A stretch of 63,847 nt of DNA, the filler included, from Neolecta irregularis DAH-3 (lineage: Eukaryota), in assembly GCA_001929475.1 (NCBI GenBank). It is 4 parts of 4 records of this genome, joined end to end, with 100 filler letters (N's around TTAATTAATTAA, not from the genome) between each part and the next. Parts side by side here need not be neighbours in the genome. Positions count along the whole stretch, not along the records: positions 14,511 to 41,832 come from LXFE01003829.1; 3 more parts are not named here. One strand, given 5' to 3'. The stretch's first letter is position 1; each line of letters opens with the position of its first letter. This document shows positions 14,566-28,944 of this stretch, one piece after another. The notes beneath the pieces are model-generated. The model saw only the letters and a list, made by a program, of their open reading frames with translations, did not search any database and was not told the origin of the DNA. Position numbers and translations under genes: made by a program.

Positions 14566-15033
14566 AGAACAATGACCAATCCTAGGATGATCATAAAAGG
14601 GCTATGTAGGCTTCTTTTTCATAGACTAGGATACTCTCTGAATTTCTTTGATAATTTGATTCCATGGCACAAGACACCACCCCACCCTCGCGCAGCTAAG
14701 ATTCCAAATACCCCATTGTCACCAAGAACTAAATACGCATAAAAGCAATCAAACTCACTGTGAATCCTGATTAGAACCTATGTGTTAACAAGTTGCAAGG
14801 TTGGAGAACTCGGGCATTTTGCCACAATCTGTTTCGCACTTTGGGAGAAAGACCCACATTGCAATTGTGAATTCATTATTGGCCGTAATACGATTTGCCT
14901 TCCTTGTTATCAAAGTCTAACAAATTATTGGTAATGTATATTGTAAATCTAGAAATATGACAGCTGTGTTGCAAATGATAATCAAACAATTCAAACTCTA
15001 TAACGGAGCCAATAAAGTTTGACGGTGCGAATC

Positions 15034-15905
15034 TTACATTATCAGACACTGCGATCTCCGAATTTTATAACACGTAGGCTGCAACTTCTGGAAGTTCGCG
15101 TTCGGTTTTGAGTACTTTGCTGTGAGGTGGTTAGGGGTAACGTAATAGTAAGGCGCAGATGAAAGGAAAAATAAAACCGATGAAAATGTGTTGCGTACCA
15201 CAGGTTGGACCCTTTGGCGTTGCAGGAATAGAAATTCGGGCTGCCTAATTTAATTAGATTGGATTTCAATCGCAGACTATACTTCACTGAAAGCTTCTCC
15301 TACACCTACAAATGTCAATTAACCCTAAATATATCAGGATACCTTTATTTTCTTTTGCAGAGCATTCTAGCAGTTAATATCCGCGATTGAAAAGATGGAA
15401 ATACCCAGATATCTGGCAGCATTGATTCTACTAGCACAAGCTAATCCTTCCTCATAAGTAATACATTTCTCCTCACCACCTCGTAAATCGCATTTCAGCG
15501 CAACAAGAACAACCTGTACACCCTCACAGTTGTCCGTAATCTCTTTAATCCATCGAGCCGAGATATTCTCAAGACTGCTTAAACTGTCCACTGCAAAACA
15601 CGCCATAATAACAAAAGTATCCGAATACGATAATGCTCGAAGACGATCAAATTCCTCTTGCCCAGCTGTATCCCATAACGATAACTCGAGAGTTTGATTG
15701 TCGATATGTGTTTCATGTACATAGTTTTCAAATACAGTAGGCGCATATATCTCAGGAAAGTAACCCCGCGTAAAGACATTCAAAAGAGAAGTCTTGCCGC
15801 AGGCACCGTCACCTAATACCACGATCTTCCTATGAACTATATTCATCGTTAGAAATATTAAAAAGGAAACATACGAGGACGTTTACGGCAGAAACAATTC
15901 GGCAT
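15034..15905 (-). CDS. RHO3: Rho3 small GTPase
   Basis: KIVVLGDGACGKTSLLNVFTRGYFP, WDTAGQEEFDRLR, N-terminal Cys (MPNCFC); spliced last exon ends in CAAX box CLIM. Confidence 0.92.
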
Positions 15906-16385
15906 GTCGAAAAAGATCCGATGCAGGTTGGGGAAAACTTGTTTTTGGCGGGGTATTTGACGTCGGAGGCGCGCGCTTCTCCACAATTACGCTAAATTTA
16001 GAAACCATAACTGCTTCTGGAAACGCGTTTTTGAACATTTTCTTAAATGTTTAAAAGAGGATGATTAAACCGGAAACTCAGCCTCGAATGTAACTGTACC
16101 TCCTGCCGAGTATCCTTGATATTTGTGCTACCTCACGAATGTTGAACTAATGTTGAGGTGTGTTAGTGGTTCTGGCGGATCGATATTAATCCGCGGATAG
16201 CTTCATCTATACTAAAAAAGATACGTCTATATATTCTACAAGGGCAAACATTCACGATCAGATTGAAATAAAGCAGGTCGTACTCGAATGGATACTCAAA
16301 GTATTCATTACATTCGTAGAAGACATGCCATTCAATTCATAAAGTGTGCAATATTTGATAAAGCATGTAACGATATCTACTCGAA

Positions 16386-18277
<1,892 letters not shown>

Positions 18278-18447
18278 GACAGGATGGTGATTAAAGGGCC
18301 GAGAGATGACATATTGGAGATGTGTCAACGAGCGAAATTATTACAAAGTACTCCTTTTAAAGAGAACTAGAATACGGATGTATAATGGTAAAGTTGGAAA
18401 TAGAATGTGATAAAATAGAGATGCTGGTGAATTGCCAAACCTTGACC

Positions 18448-20465
18448 ATGAGTATAGTGGACCATCGACATTCATCGCCGGAAAATGATCTCTCGCATGG
18501 AGAATCTCTATCTATCCAAGAGACGAACAAGATCCGGGCAAGTCTTGGGTTGAAGCCGCTTGGTGTTCCTTTAGCCGAGGGTTTTGCTCCACCGCCTGGC
18601 AGTAGTGCGGCCCAGGATCTTGAAGCTGTTGAAAACTTTGCGCGAGTAAAAGAGCAGGAGAAGGCAGATGCGCAAAAGGCCATTATTCAAGAAAATATTC
18701 AAAGGCAAGAGGGCGTATGAATATGGTTGATTTGACGGGTAGAGCAAAAGAGCGTATCAACCGAAATGGAAAACTCAAGGGCAAGACACTTGGTGAGGAA
18801 ATGAAGGATGAAGATGTGATGCAATGGATTAAGAAGTCGAAAAAGAAAGAGCGGGAGCTCGCTTTGAAAAAAGAAAATGAGCTGGAAGAGCAAGACAAGA
18901 TGTTTCAAGAGTACAGTATAGGTATTTTGTAGTGGAGTGTGGGCTGCTAATGAGTAGATCAGCTGCAGGGGCTAAAGGTGGGCCACGACACTGATGATTT
19001 TGGGATTGGACGGGATACTATTCTTACGCTTAAAGATGTGAATATATTGCAAGATGGTATATTTGTGGCAAAGATCTTTTTTTGACCTGCAGAAGGGGAT
19101 GAGCTTGTGTCTGAGCAGATTCTTGAGCGAGAGCGACATGAGCGGAATATAGAAAACAAAAAGAAGAAGACGGTGTACATGGGGTATGAGGAGGCGGACG
19201 AGGAGACTGGCGAGACGCGGCTGTTGTCGAAATATGACGAAGACAAGCAAGAGAAGGTGCATTATTTTGGTGGAGTAGCTTACGGGATAGGGGTTTGTGC
19301 TTGGGAATAATGTTCCAGTGCGGAAGAAGGCACAAGAGCAACCAGAGCACCAGGGCAAGACTGTGTTTTCGCTGGCGTATCCGGGTACGTTTTGTTGGAG
19401 ACGAGCTGACTCTGCAGCAGCACAGGAGGTGTCTGACTATGCGCCGGTCAAGTTTAAGAAGAGCAAAAAGACTACATCTAAGCGACGGCGACGAGAATCA
19501 TCTGTGGAGGATATGGCAGAAGTGGTTGTGTCTGCGAAACGGAATCTGGACGACGAATCCTTTGTAGACGATGAAGATCTTGGAGCGCGGCTTGGGGAGC
19601 GGCGGCTGGCGGCGCTGAAGAGGCTACGGGTGCTGGAGGATGCGGCATTTGCGCCTGTTGGACCCGACTGGATGGATATTGATGCTGGAGGAGTGGTGAT
19701 TGACGAGACGAGTGAGTTTGTCAAAGGACTGCAGGGAGCGAGATTGTCGGGGGAGAATGGAAAAGAGGAAATGGAGGAAATGGAGGAGAGCGAGAAAGAG
19801 GAGGAAATGGAAACAGAGGTCAAAAAAGAAGAGACCGAACCAGAACCAGAACCAGACTCTGTCATGGACGAGCCTGTGCTTGACCAGGGTATTGGTGCCA
19901 CTCTGCGCCTGCTGCAGTCTAAAGGTTGTTTCTCTGGTCATAGTTAATGCTGACTGCAGGAATTGTTCCAGCTGAAAATGCCGATGCGGCTGACCAGGCA
20001 CGGCGGCAACGTGCTCGCGATGCCTGGCTCGTTGGACAACGCGCACGGCAGGCTCAGATTGAGCGCGAACGGCGGGAGCAGCGGGAAGCTGAGCGACTGA
20101 GCGGGCGGTTTTGCCAAATGTCGGCTAAAGAACGAGAATTGCAGGCGCAGGCAGAGAACAGACAGCGCGAAGCAGCAGCCGGTCGCGAACAGGCAGAACT
20201 GTACCGTTTCTACCAGCCGCAGCTCGAACTCGCCTATGTCGATGGTTTCGGGCGGCGGCTCGAAGGAAAAGCGGCGTTCAAGTACTTTTCACACCAGTTT
20301 CACGGCAAAGACTCGGGAAAAGCAAAAACTGCACGGCAGCTGCAGCGAATGGCAGATACGTCAAGAAGCGCACGCATGGCCGCAACAGACCAGCCGGGAG
20401 GAATAGGTGCATCCCTTGCGGTGCGCCAGAAGAAAACAGGCGAAGCGGGCATGCGGGTGTTGTAG
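18448..20465 (+). CDS. SNU66: U4/U6.U5 tri-snRNP protein Snu66/SART-1
   Basis: HIND motif LSIQETNKIRASLGLKPL, GLKVGHD, ILTLKD, AFKYFSHQFHGK. Confidence 0.92.
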
Positions 20466-20685
20466 AGGAATTGTGTCGGTGGTCGTATCCCTAGGATCGT
20501 TATTTTATTACAAGTTTCTCTATCTTGTTTTTCAATATCTGCCTTTGGTCTATTTTCTGATTCATGAATGGTTGTACGCTGATATTGACTGTTTTGTTGG
20601 TAATGGACTTCTACTGCCCAGCTCTGTATCACCTCTTTTATACATCTTTTACAATACAAAATCACATCGCATTCTAATCTCTACC

Positions 20686-22085
20686 ATGATTCGCGCTGCA
20701 AGTCTACCGCGACGCACACTGCTCCTGTTCGCCGCGGCTGTTGCTTTTACCGACTGCGGTACCTGTCTTTATTCATTTCGGCCCGCGATAGACCCCGTTC
20801 CGGCGTCGTCTTCCCCCTATTCCACACCCCACATGCCACCCAAACCCAAAGTCCTCCCCGGCCGCCCCGGAAATCTTTCCCCCGACCAGGAACAATCCCT
20901 CAAAGACCTCTGGGCAGCCCTCTTCGCAGTCTTTGACTTTCCCGGATCTAATCATCAAAAATATTCAAAACAAAAACTCGCTGGTTCTGTAAAAACCAGA
21001 TCAGACTCGGTCACAGACAAATACGCACAGAAAAATGACTTTCAGAATGCACTCGCAAACACCCCGCCCCATGAATTACGTGCCGCTTTTTGGCGAATGG
21101 TTAAACAAGACAATCCAGATGCCCTACTCCTCCGCTTCCTCCGCGCCCGCAAATGGGATGTCAATCCCGCGCTAGTCATGCTCGTCTCTACCATGCACTG
21201 GAGAGTAAACGAGGTACAGGTATTTCAGCTTTTTTCTCTTCTTCCAAGCTCATTGAAGGTCGAACATTTTATGGAACAAGGCGAAGAACACTTTGTCAAC
21301 AACGACAAAGACACAATCAAGCAGATCCGACTTGGAAAATCCTTTACCTATGGATACGACCTCAAAGATAGACCCGTCGTGTATATCCGGGCCCGGTTAC
21401 ACCGTTCCTCTGACCAATCCCAAGAAAGTACCGAGAGATACACAGTCTACCTCATGGAAACCATCCGACTCTTTTTAAATGAACCCGTAGACCAGACCTG
21501 TATCGTCTTTGACCTCACAGACTTTTCGGTACCTTGCAATCCTATCCTCCCTGATTCTAGATATCAAATATGGACTATCCCCCAGTGAAATTTCTCATCA
21601 AATGCCTCGAGGCTCATTACCCAGAAAGTCTCGGCCAATGTATAATCCACAAGGCCCCCTGGATATTCCAAGGCATTTGGACAGTAATCAAAGGCTGGCT
21701 CGATCCGGTAGTCGCTTCAAAATTCGTCTTCACTCGAAACTTAACCGATATCGAAAAATATATATCTCCAAATCAATTACTCAAAGAAGTAGGCGGAAAC
21801 GATCCCTATGAATATACATTCATCGAACCCCTCCAAAACGAAAACAAATGGATGAAATATTACCCCGCTCGAGATAAAATTCTAGCCGAAAGAGCGGAAA
21901 TAGTATCTCGCTTGGAAGGATATACTCGATCGTGGTATTCTACTGACGAGAAAGTCAATCAGCAAGAGATACGCGCGCAGAGAACCGATCAGATACATAA
22001 ACTTTGTGAGAATTATCGCCGTCTCGATCCGTATGTACGAGCTCGATCCATTTATGACCGGAATGGATCTTTAAAGGTTAGATAA
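20686..22085 (+). CDS. CSR1: CRAL-TRIO/Sec14-family lipid transfer protein
   Basis: PDALLLRFLRARKWDV, MDYPPVKFLIKCLEAHYPESLG, LDPYVRARSIYDR; start could instead be the later MPPKPK. Confidence 0.88.
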
Positions 22086-22326
22086 CAAGTTGCATGATTC
22101 TTGTTGTTGTCCTGTAGATTCAACATGTGTCATCGAGAACATATATGTTATTTGATGTGGATTCATATAAGATGTTAGTATGTTTGATAGATTCTGTTAT
22201 TCATAGCATACGATGATTGCTAGATTCATATATGATGCTGATTCATAACTTTCGAATTCATCTGTGATGTACCCACGGAGAATTGATCCCATCCGCCGTA
22301 CTTTTGAATATACGTGAACCTTACAA

Positions 22327-23176
22327 TCAAGTGTCTAGTCGACCGTGACTCCTTTTGTACTCTGCCGGACTGACATATTTTTTCATGTTTTGCTGCCACA
22401 TACCCACTCGTTTTTCTCTGCATATCAAAAGTACAACTTAAATGTGAGCATACCGTGCTATTTCTTCCGCCCGTTGGAATTTTTCAAGCATGTCGCCGTA
22501 CACTGCACCTTGCGCTGTATATACTGTAGCCCATCCAGCTTTCAACATCTCAAGGCTGACATCCTTTTTAAAACCCCATCGTCTGACTTTTACAAGTCCC
22601 ACCTAAAAACATCAACATCTAATCATATTTCAAATTCATACCACACGATCATATCGATCTCTTCCCCAAACTTGCACTCGAACCTTTTTACCCCCAACAT
22701 AATTCTCCAACCACACATATGCCTCGTCACTGAAAATCTGTTTTGGTCTCCCAAAGTGCGCCATTTCAGGGGCATCAACTCCTGCTAATCGAATATGAAT
22801 AGTTTGATCTTTCAATTCTTTACGCGTCTCAGGTACACTACGAAGCCAATTCCAGCCCGTGAGACGACCGCCCGGCGTATGGTATAGCCGAAAATTATCG
22901 GCATCGCCTACAGAAGTGACTGTTCCATACAAGGTCGGTCGAACAATATATTTTGCAGGCTTTTTACCTTGCTGTCAAGTTACACCATCTCAAAAAAAAC
23001 AATATACATGGTGCTGGGGAGAAATATCGGGGTGGTAACGAGTGGACAGTAGGGTAACGTTTGATTTTTCGAATATAGATGTATCGAAATCCAACGAGAG
23101 AAGTTGTAAGAATCACCGATTGAAGAATCGTAGAAGTCTCAATATGCGTTTTAACCCTCTCCACAGTCGACACCAT
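22327..23176 (-). CDS. LCL3: Staphylococcal-nuclease-family endonuclease Lcl3
   Basis: [41 protein letters not shown]. Confidence 0.9.
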
Positions 23177-23476
23177 CTAGATTCTCAAACCGAATAGCGG
23201 GAATCGCGAAATAGACATGGCATACGTTGCTTAATGTTTTTGACAAACGTGATGTGTTGTCCAGGTCACGCGATACGTCAACGGGTTGTTCGCCCTTATT
23301 CTCACAATTGTTCTGTCCCACCTGTGGAATCGTCCGCAAGCCGCAGAACCGTCTGAGGGATACAAAATCTCCTGATATAAACGCTCAATCTTTGACTCCG
23401 GAAATAAAAAATCACTGCTATTCAACTGTAAGTATGCAGTGAAGACTCACAACGTTCACAGTGGTCAGTACACTGT

Positions 23477-23486
23477 GTCACGTGAC
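23477..23486. promoter_or_regulatory. Palindromic extended E-box GTCACGTGAC
   Basis: Perfect 10-bp palindrome ~300 bp upstream of LCL3; bHLH (Cbf1-type) consensus. Confidence 0.3.
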
Positions 23487-23651
23487 CTGCGACAAATCCT
23501 ACCAACTGGACTTGAGGAAATCACCAGCAATATTCACCTATGCAGCAAACCAAGTTATCCCAGCTAAAGAAGTACCCTCAGCACCAGAATTTCAAGGCGA
23601 AACTAATGGGCTACCAGGAATCTCAAATTAGGAATGTCCAAGGAGTCATTA

Positions 23652-24323
23652 TCAGTAAACAACAGCAAAACANNNNNNNNNNCGCGTAGGATTTCCACGT
23701 TGTAATATATCAGCACGCCGCAATTTCGCCTCTTTCTTCAATTCTATAACTTTACGTCGCAGCTCCAGTTTCTTCTTTGACTTTGGAATTATTCGTCCTT
23801 GTTCATTCCATTTCTCCCAGACACTATCACCTCTCCTTTTCCACCTTTCTTCGCGACGGGTTTGCTCTTCTTCAGTCATGGGCTTCCATTTCGATCTGAG
23901 AATGCGGCGAATCGCTTCTGGTGATACTTTGAAAATAGAGGATAATCTAGAAACGTCGTATTCGGGAAACTAGTAGAAATTCGTTAAAGTAAGAGATGCA
24001 AGAGTTACTTGTTTATTTAATGCCCTCACTCCCTCTATAGCATCCGGCGAAAGACGTTTAATAGGCTTCCAGCCCTCTGGAAATTTCTTTTTTAATGCCA
24101 GTTGCTGTTGTTGCCAAGGCTCAAGTTTGACAAATTTGCTGTTTGGAAATATTGGCGGGGGTTTTGGTTTGGGCAGTTCATCAGGGAAACGAATTGCAGG
24201 GTTTGGAAGGATCCATTTATCTATGCGGTTTCGTTGTAGGCAAGGTATATTTGAGAATAGACGCGACAAGGCGATGATATGAGATTTGGAAATGGATGTC
24301 CCGTTACAGTTTGATATAGGCAT
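23652..24323 (-). CDS. RRG9: Neugrin-family mitochondrial protein Rrg9 (3' end uncertain, gap)
   Basis: [55 protein letters not shown]. Confidence 0.85.
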
Positions 24324-24419
24324 GCGGTTATGAGGCCAGAATTCTCAAAGCCAGAATTGGAATTTTGGCATTACCCAACTTGGACTCTTCCAAAATATCA
24401 TAAAAGCGTGTCTATCTAA

Positions 24420-25407
24420 ATGTCACGGCGTGCTTCAAATCGTATTGTTCCATCAGAATCATCAGTCGCAGAGGAAGATCCTTTTAGTTCAGACCTTTCA
24501 GAGCTTGATTCTAGCGACCCTGGAGAGGACGACGACGAGGATGTTACTTTGACACCAGGAACTTTCAGAACACCAAGACTCAAGATCAAGCTAAACGTGC
24601 CGCTGGAAAAGGATCGAATCGTCTCTTCAAATAAGGGGAAGGGGGCAAAACAGCGAAGAGCCGGCCGCTCACTTGATTCAGAGAGTTCTGGCGACGAGCT
24701 GAATCTCGCAGATGATGTGGAAATGGAGGACGATGTGGATATCGGCGATAACCAGGATGTGGAAATCGAGTTTGATAGTTTCGAGAGCACTCCTGCCCCC
24801 GAAATTTCCAAGATGACAAAACGGCAGAGAGCAAAGGTAGAAGATCACGGCGATACCTTGTTGGAATTATCTAATGGTATGCGACTGACTAATTGCTTGG
24901 CTGACTGGACAGCCCCGCAAACGCGTAAAACTCTCACTGCAGAGGAACAAGCACTACGAAGAAGTGAAATTGCTCGGAAACGCAAGAACCACACTGAACA
25001 GAAACTTGAAGAGGAAAAGGTGCCATGTTTTCCGTGATGATTATTGACAGCAGGTTGACACCATCAACCGTCTTTTGAAGAAACAGGCGGTTCGTAGGAA
25101 AAGCAAAAAGATTGAAGAGGATGTGGGAGCTGATGATGATGTTTCAACTGCTGGACAGCAACTTCCCCCTCGGCCAATTTCAACGCGATGGATAGATAAC
25201 AAGGATGGCACTGTACTTGGAGTGCCGGATGCATGGCTAGAAACACGGTTTGGAGAGTTCTTCGCCTCACAAGCAAAGATCCAGCCTCCAAAGCCACGAG
25301 ATAGATGTGCCTCCTGTGGAGGAGAGGGGAAATATCGATCTATTGCATTTTCTGGCAAACGCGCATGTTCAATACAATGTCTAAAAGTTGTTGAGGGTAA
25401 AGGGTAG
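24420..25407 (+). CDS. IES2: INO80 complex subunit Ies2 (PAPA-1 plus C-terminal zinc finger)
   Basis: MTKRQRA, RRSEIARKRKN..EQKLEEEK/DTINRLLKKQ, C..C..KYR...ACSIQC. Confidence 0.88.
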
Positions 25408-25433
25408 CAAGGGCCTGTTTTGGACAAATACTA

Positions 25434-26541
25434 TTATTGAAAGAGAAGGGAATCTAGCATTAGTAACAGTATACTTGCTCCAAGTAGAAAGCCCACTAGA
25501 TACCGAATAGCGGACTTGTTTCGGGCACGAGCCTGTTTCAGTTGCAGGTTTCCAGACTGCACATGTTCTGTTGTTGCGTGTGCTTCTTCGTACAAGGCGT
25601 CAGTGAGTTGGGTTTGCGAGACGAGATGATTTGCTAGTTCTGTTTGCAATGAGGCGATGTCGATCAAGGCTTTCTCGGCAGTGCTGTTGTTAATAGAGCA
25701 GCACAGGGTAGTGCATACCGCACTTGAGTCAACGAGCTTTCAAACTCTAATAGCAGCGATTTATTTTCAGACTCGAGTAGCTGCAGTAGCTCTGGGGTTA
25801 AAGAGGGATCTTGGTCTTGGGAATGAGTCTCGTCTGGAGGTACATATGCCGGTCTGCGTCTCTCGGAAGCAGTCGGTAGCAGGCTGTTTTTGTATCAGTA
25901 GCTGGTTTGGGCACAACAACACCTCTGGCTCTTTTCGATCTGACGCTGGACGCGGATTTCTTGTTGCTTTGCCTGAATACTCGACACTTGACTGAGCTTC
26001 TGGTTGAGAAACCAAGTGATTCCGCTTCTGTGCGCAGCCAGCAGATCGCTGACGGCCTGCAAGCGAGGGTCTATGAACAGACCTTTGACCCAGGATGCAG
26101 AGGGCGCGGCATTGCGGCGAGCTCGGTATCAGATTGGCGGGCGCGGTGTGATTATACCGGTTTCCACGCTTTCGAGAGTCCTGACCCGGTCCTTGCACTG
26201 GCGGATGAGAGTTTTCACCTCAAAGTCGACCTGGTCGCGCTGCTGGTCTGTCAAGGTGGTGACTGCAATTGATGGATCTGCGAGCAGCTGGTGGAACGAG
26301 AGAGTTGTCTTGTCCGAGGTGCGAGCGTCTTTGAGATACGCACCACGGATCCGGTGCAGCAGCCCGCCGAGCGACGATACGTGCGCATACTAAACAGCAT
26401 TCAGCGCATCCAGCAGCACCAACAGCTTCTCACCACACGCAGCGCTTCCCGCACAAACTCGTCGCCGACATTTACAGACACCTCGGGCCGGCGAGCAGCA
26501 CCGCCAGGCAGCAGCGAGACGAACAATGCCGTCTGATCCAT
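25434..26541 (-). CDS. UFE1: ER t-SNARE Ufe1/syntaxin-18
   Basis: MDQTALF..DEFVREA, LTDQQRDQVD, SNARE helix IASLQTELANHL..GNLQLKQA, C-terminal TM ending LLMLD. Confidence 0.85.
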
Positions 26542-26913
26542 GTCGGCGCAGTGTGCGATTAAAATCAGATGACAGGTGTTTTTATTTGGAACGAGATAAT
26601 GGAGCAATGCGGTGTGGGGGTGAGTTGTCGAGGCGTTATTTATTCGCCACCACACCACTAAGCACTGCCACAGTTTACCGACCTTGGACGCCACAGCCGC
26701 GATTTTGGCGATGCAAACCCGCCTATGGTACGAAAATAATACAACTGATATATATCGAAAGTGTGTCTGTTGTTTTACTTTTCTATGATCTGGGTCTGAC
26801 CGCTACAGGTCATGTCGCTTTATTGGCCCATAGTCCTTGTAGTGCTTGTAGGATAAGTTCTATCCATCCTGTCCTTGGATCTAAGAATCGCTTTGTGTTA
26901 TCCAAACTATGTT

Positions 26914-28647
26914 ATGCTAGCCACTCCACAATTTTACAGCCACAGCCTGCGTCCTACCCCGCGATTCCTCCTGTGCCGCCAATTCCACCGTGCGAAAATG
27001 ATCCGCCCTTCGGCCAAAATCGCCTCAAGCAACCAGGACGTATGGACAATCTTCAATACTGCAGCCGCAGAAACCCCAGGCGTTGTACATTTAGGCCAGG
27101 GATTCATGAAGTTCGCCATGCTTGCAACCAATTCTAAGAGCCATAGCTTTAATCCGCCAGATTTCCTCCTCGACGCGGCTAAAAAGGCGCTCGACATTGT
27201 CAGCTGCAACCAGTACAGCCATACAAAGGGCCGCGAGCGACTGAGGAAAGCTATAGCAAACGTCTACAGTCCTTTGTTCAACAGAAAAATCAACTATGAG
27301 ACCGAGGTCGTTGTTACCGCTGGCGCAAACGAAGTATTGCCCTGTCTCGCTATTTCCTGATCGGTAGGGCATGTTTTCTGCCTGGGCTGCATTTTTGGAC
27401 CAAGATGACGAGGCACCCCGCTTCTTCGTACTTCAATAACGATAGGTCATTGTTTTTGAACCCTTCTTTGATCAGTACGTTTCCAACATTGCTATGAACG
27501 GCGGAAAACTCGTCTACTGCCCAATCCATCCACCCTCTGATGAAACCAAGAATATGTCTTCTGCAGAATGGACAGTGGACATGCAAGAGGTTTAAAAAAT
27601 CTTGATCCACTCATTCACACAACCAGCTTCGCTCTCTTGTCACTCCAAAGACAAAAGTCATCACGCTAAACACGCCTCATAATCCCCTAGGTACAAATAA
27701 TTGCATTCATTTGCTCATGGCTCAGGCAAAATGTTCTCGACCGAAGAACTCCTCAATATTGGCCAAATTGCAGTTGATCACAACCTTCTTATCCTTTCCG
27801 ATGAAGTGGTGCGAAATCCCACATCTAGTCACTCTTACAAAAGTATGATCGCTTGGACTATACCCCTCACCGTCGTATTGCAACGCTCAATCCCGAATTC
27901 GCCTCCCGAACCTTGACCGTTTGCTCCGCCGGGAAAACTTTTGGTGCAACAGGCTGGAGAGTCGGCTGGTTGATCGGTGTTCCCGATCTCATTAAATATG
28001 TCTCCGCTGCTCATACTAGAATCTGCTTCACTGTCAATTCGCCTCTACAAGAAGCATGCGCCTACGCCCTTGAAGTCGCAGAAGAGAAGAATTACTATAA
28101 ACAGACAGTCTCTGATTATTCCAAGCGATTTGCGACCATTAGAACAGTATTCGATGATCTCGGACTTCCGGTCAATCGCTTGCAACTTGTTGTCTCGACT
28201 AACTGGATAGTACGTCATTCCCCAGGGAGGCTATTTCCTAATGGTAAACTTTTCCAAAGTTAGCATACCATCTGGATACAAATTTCCTGATTCAGTAACT
28301 GTAAATCGCGCCAAGTAATCCGTGTTCCTCGAATGGAGCTTACTGTCAGGGATTTCGCTATGGCATACTGGCTTCTCAAAGAAATCGGTGTAGTTGCTAT
28401 GTTTGACCGTCATCTTCTGATCTGCTAATGTCTAGTCCACCTACAGAGTTCTTCATAGCGGAGCACGCTCATCTTGCTGAGGTAGGTCATATCTAACCGT
28501 ATTTATTGACCCTATTACAGAACTACCTCCGGTTTGCATTCTGTAAAGATGTTGAGACGCTGAGTATTCAAAAACAATGATTCGCTACTAACCCGCCTAG
28601 AGGAGGCTGTTTGCAAATTGCGAAAGCTTGAAGCGTATATTCATTAG
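26914..28647 (+). CDS. BNA3: Kynurenine aminotransferase (class I/II PLP)
   Basis: HLGQGF, VVVTAGANE, FEPFFDQY, NTPHNP, LSDEV, SAGKTFGATGWRVGW, YLRFAFCK. Confidence 0.92.
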
Positions 28648-28944
28648 CGTTCTCAATAGCAACAAAGGGAGATTGGATTTTCGTGGGACGCGACTTGTCG
28701 TTTTGGGGAAAGCATGTCTTACTCTTTGTCCCGTTCTCATCTCCGCATGTCTCGCGAACTTCCCTTTTACACGATTGCTTTCTACCGCAACTCGTGTTTC
28801 TATTTGAAATTGAATGAGGAACTCTCACAGCAATATGCTTGATAACATGTGCTCGTGTCTCAAACATGCCTTGCTATATTATCAGCCCTCTTGCCTCCCA
28901 TCTCCTGTTAATTGCTGGCAATCAACTTCCACTGCCTTTGTATT

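Noticed and set aside
19437-20046. Ser-rich antisense ORFs
   Set aside because: Mirror of the Glu-rich SNU66 coding strand
20407-20685. Hydrophobic N-terminal extension of the CSR1 ORF
   Set aside because: Non-ATG start overlapping the SNU66 end; AT-rich intergenic read-through
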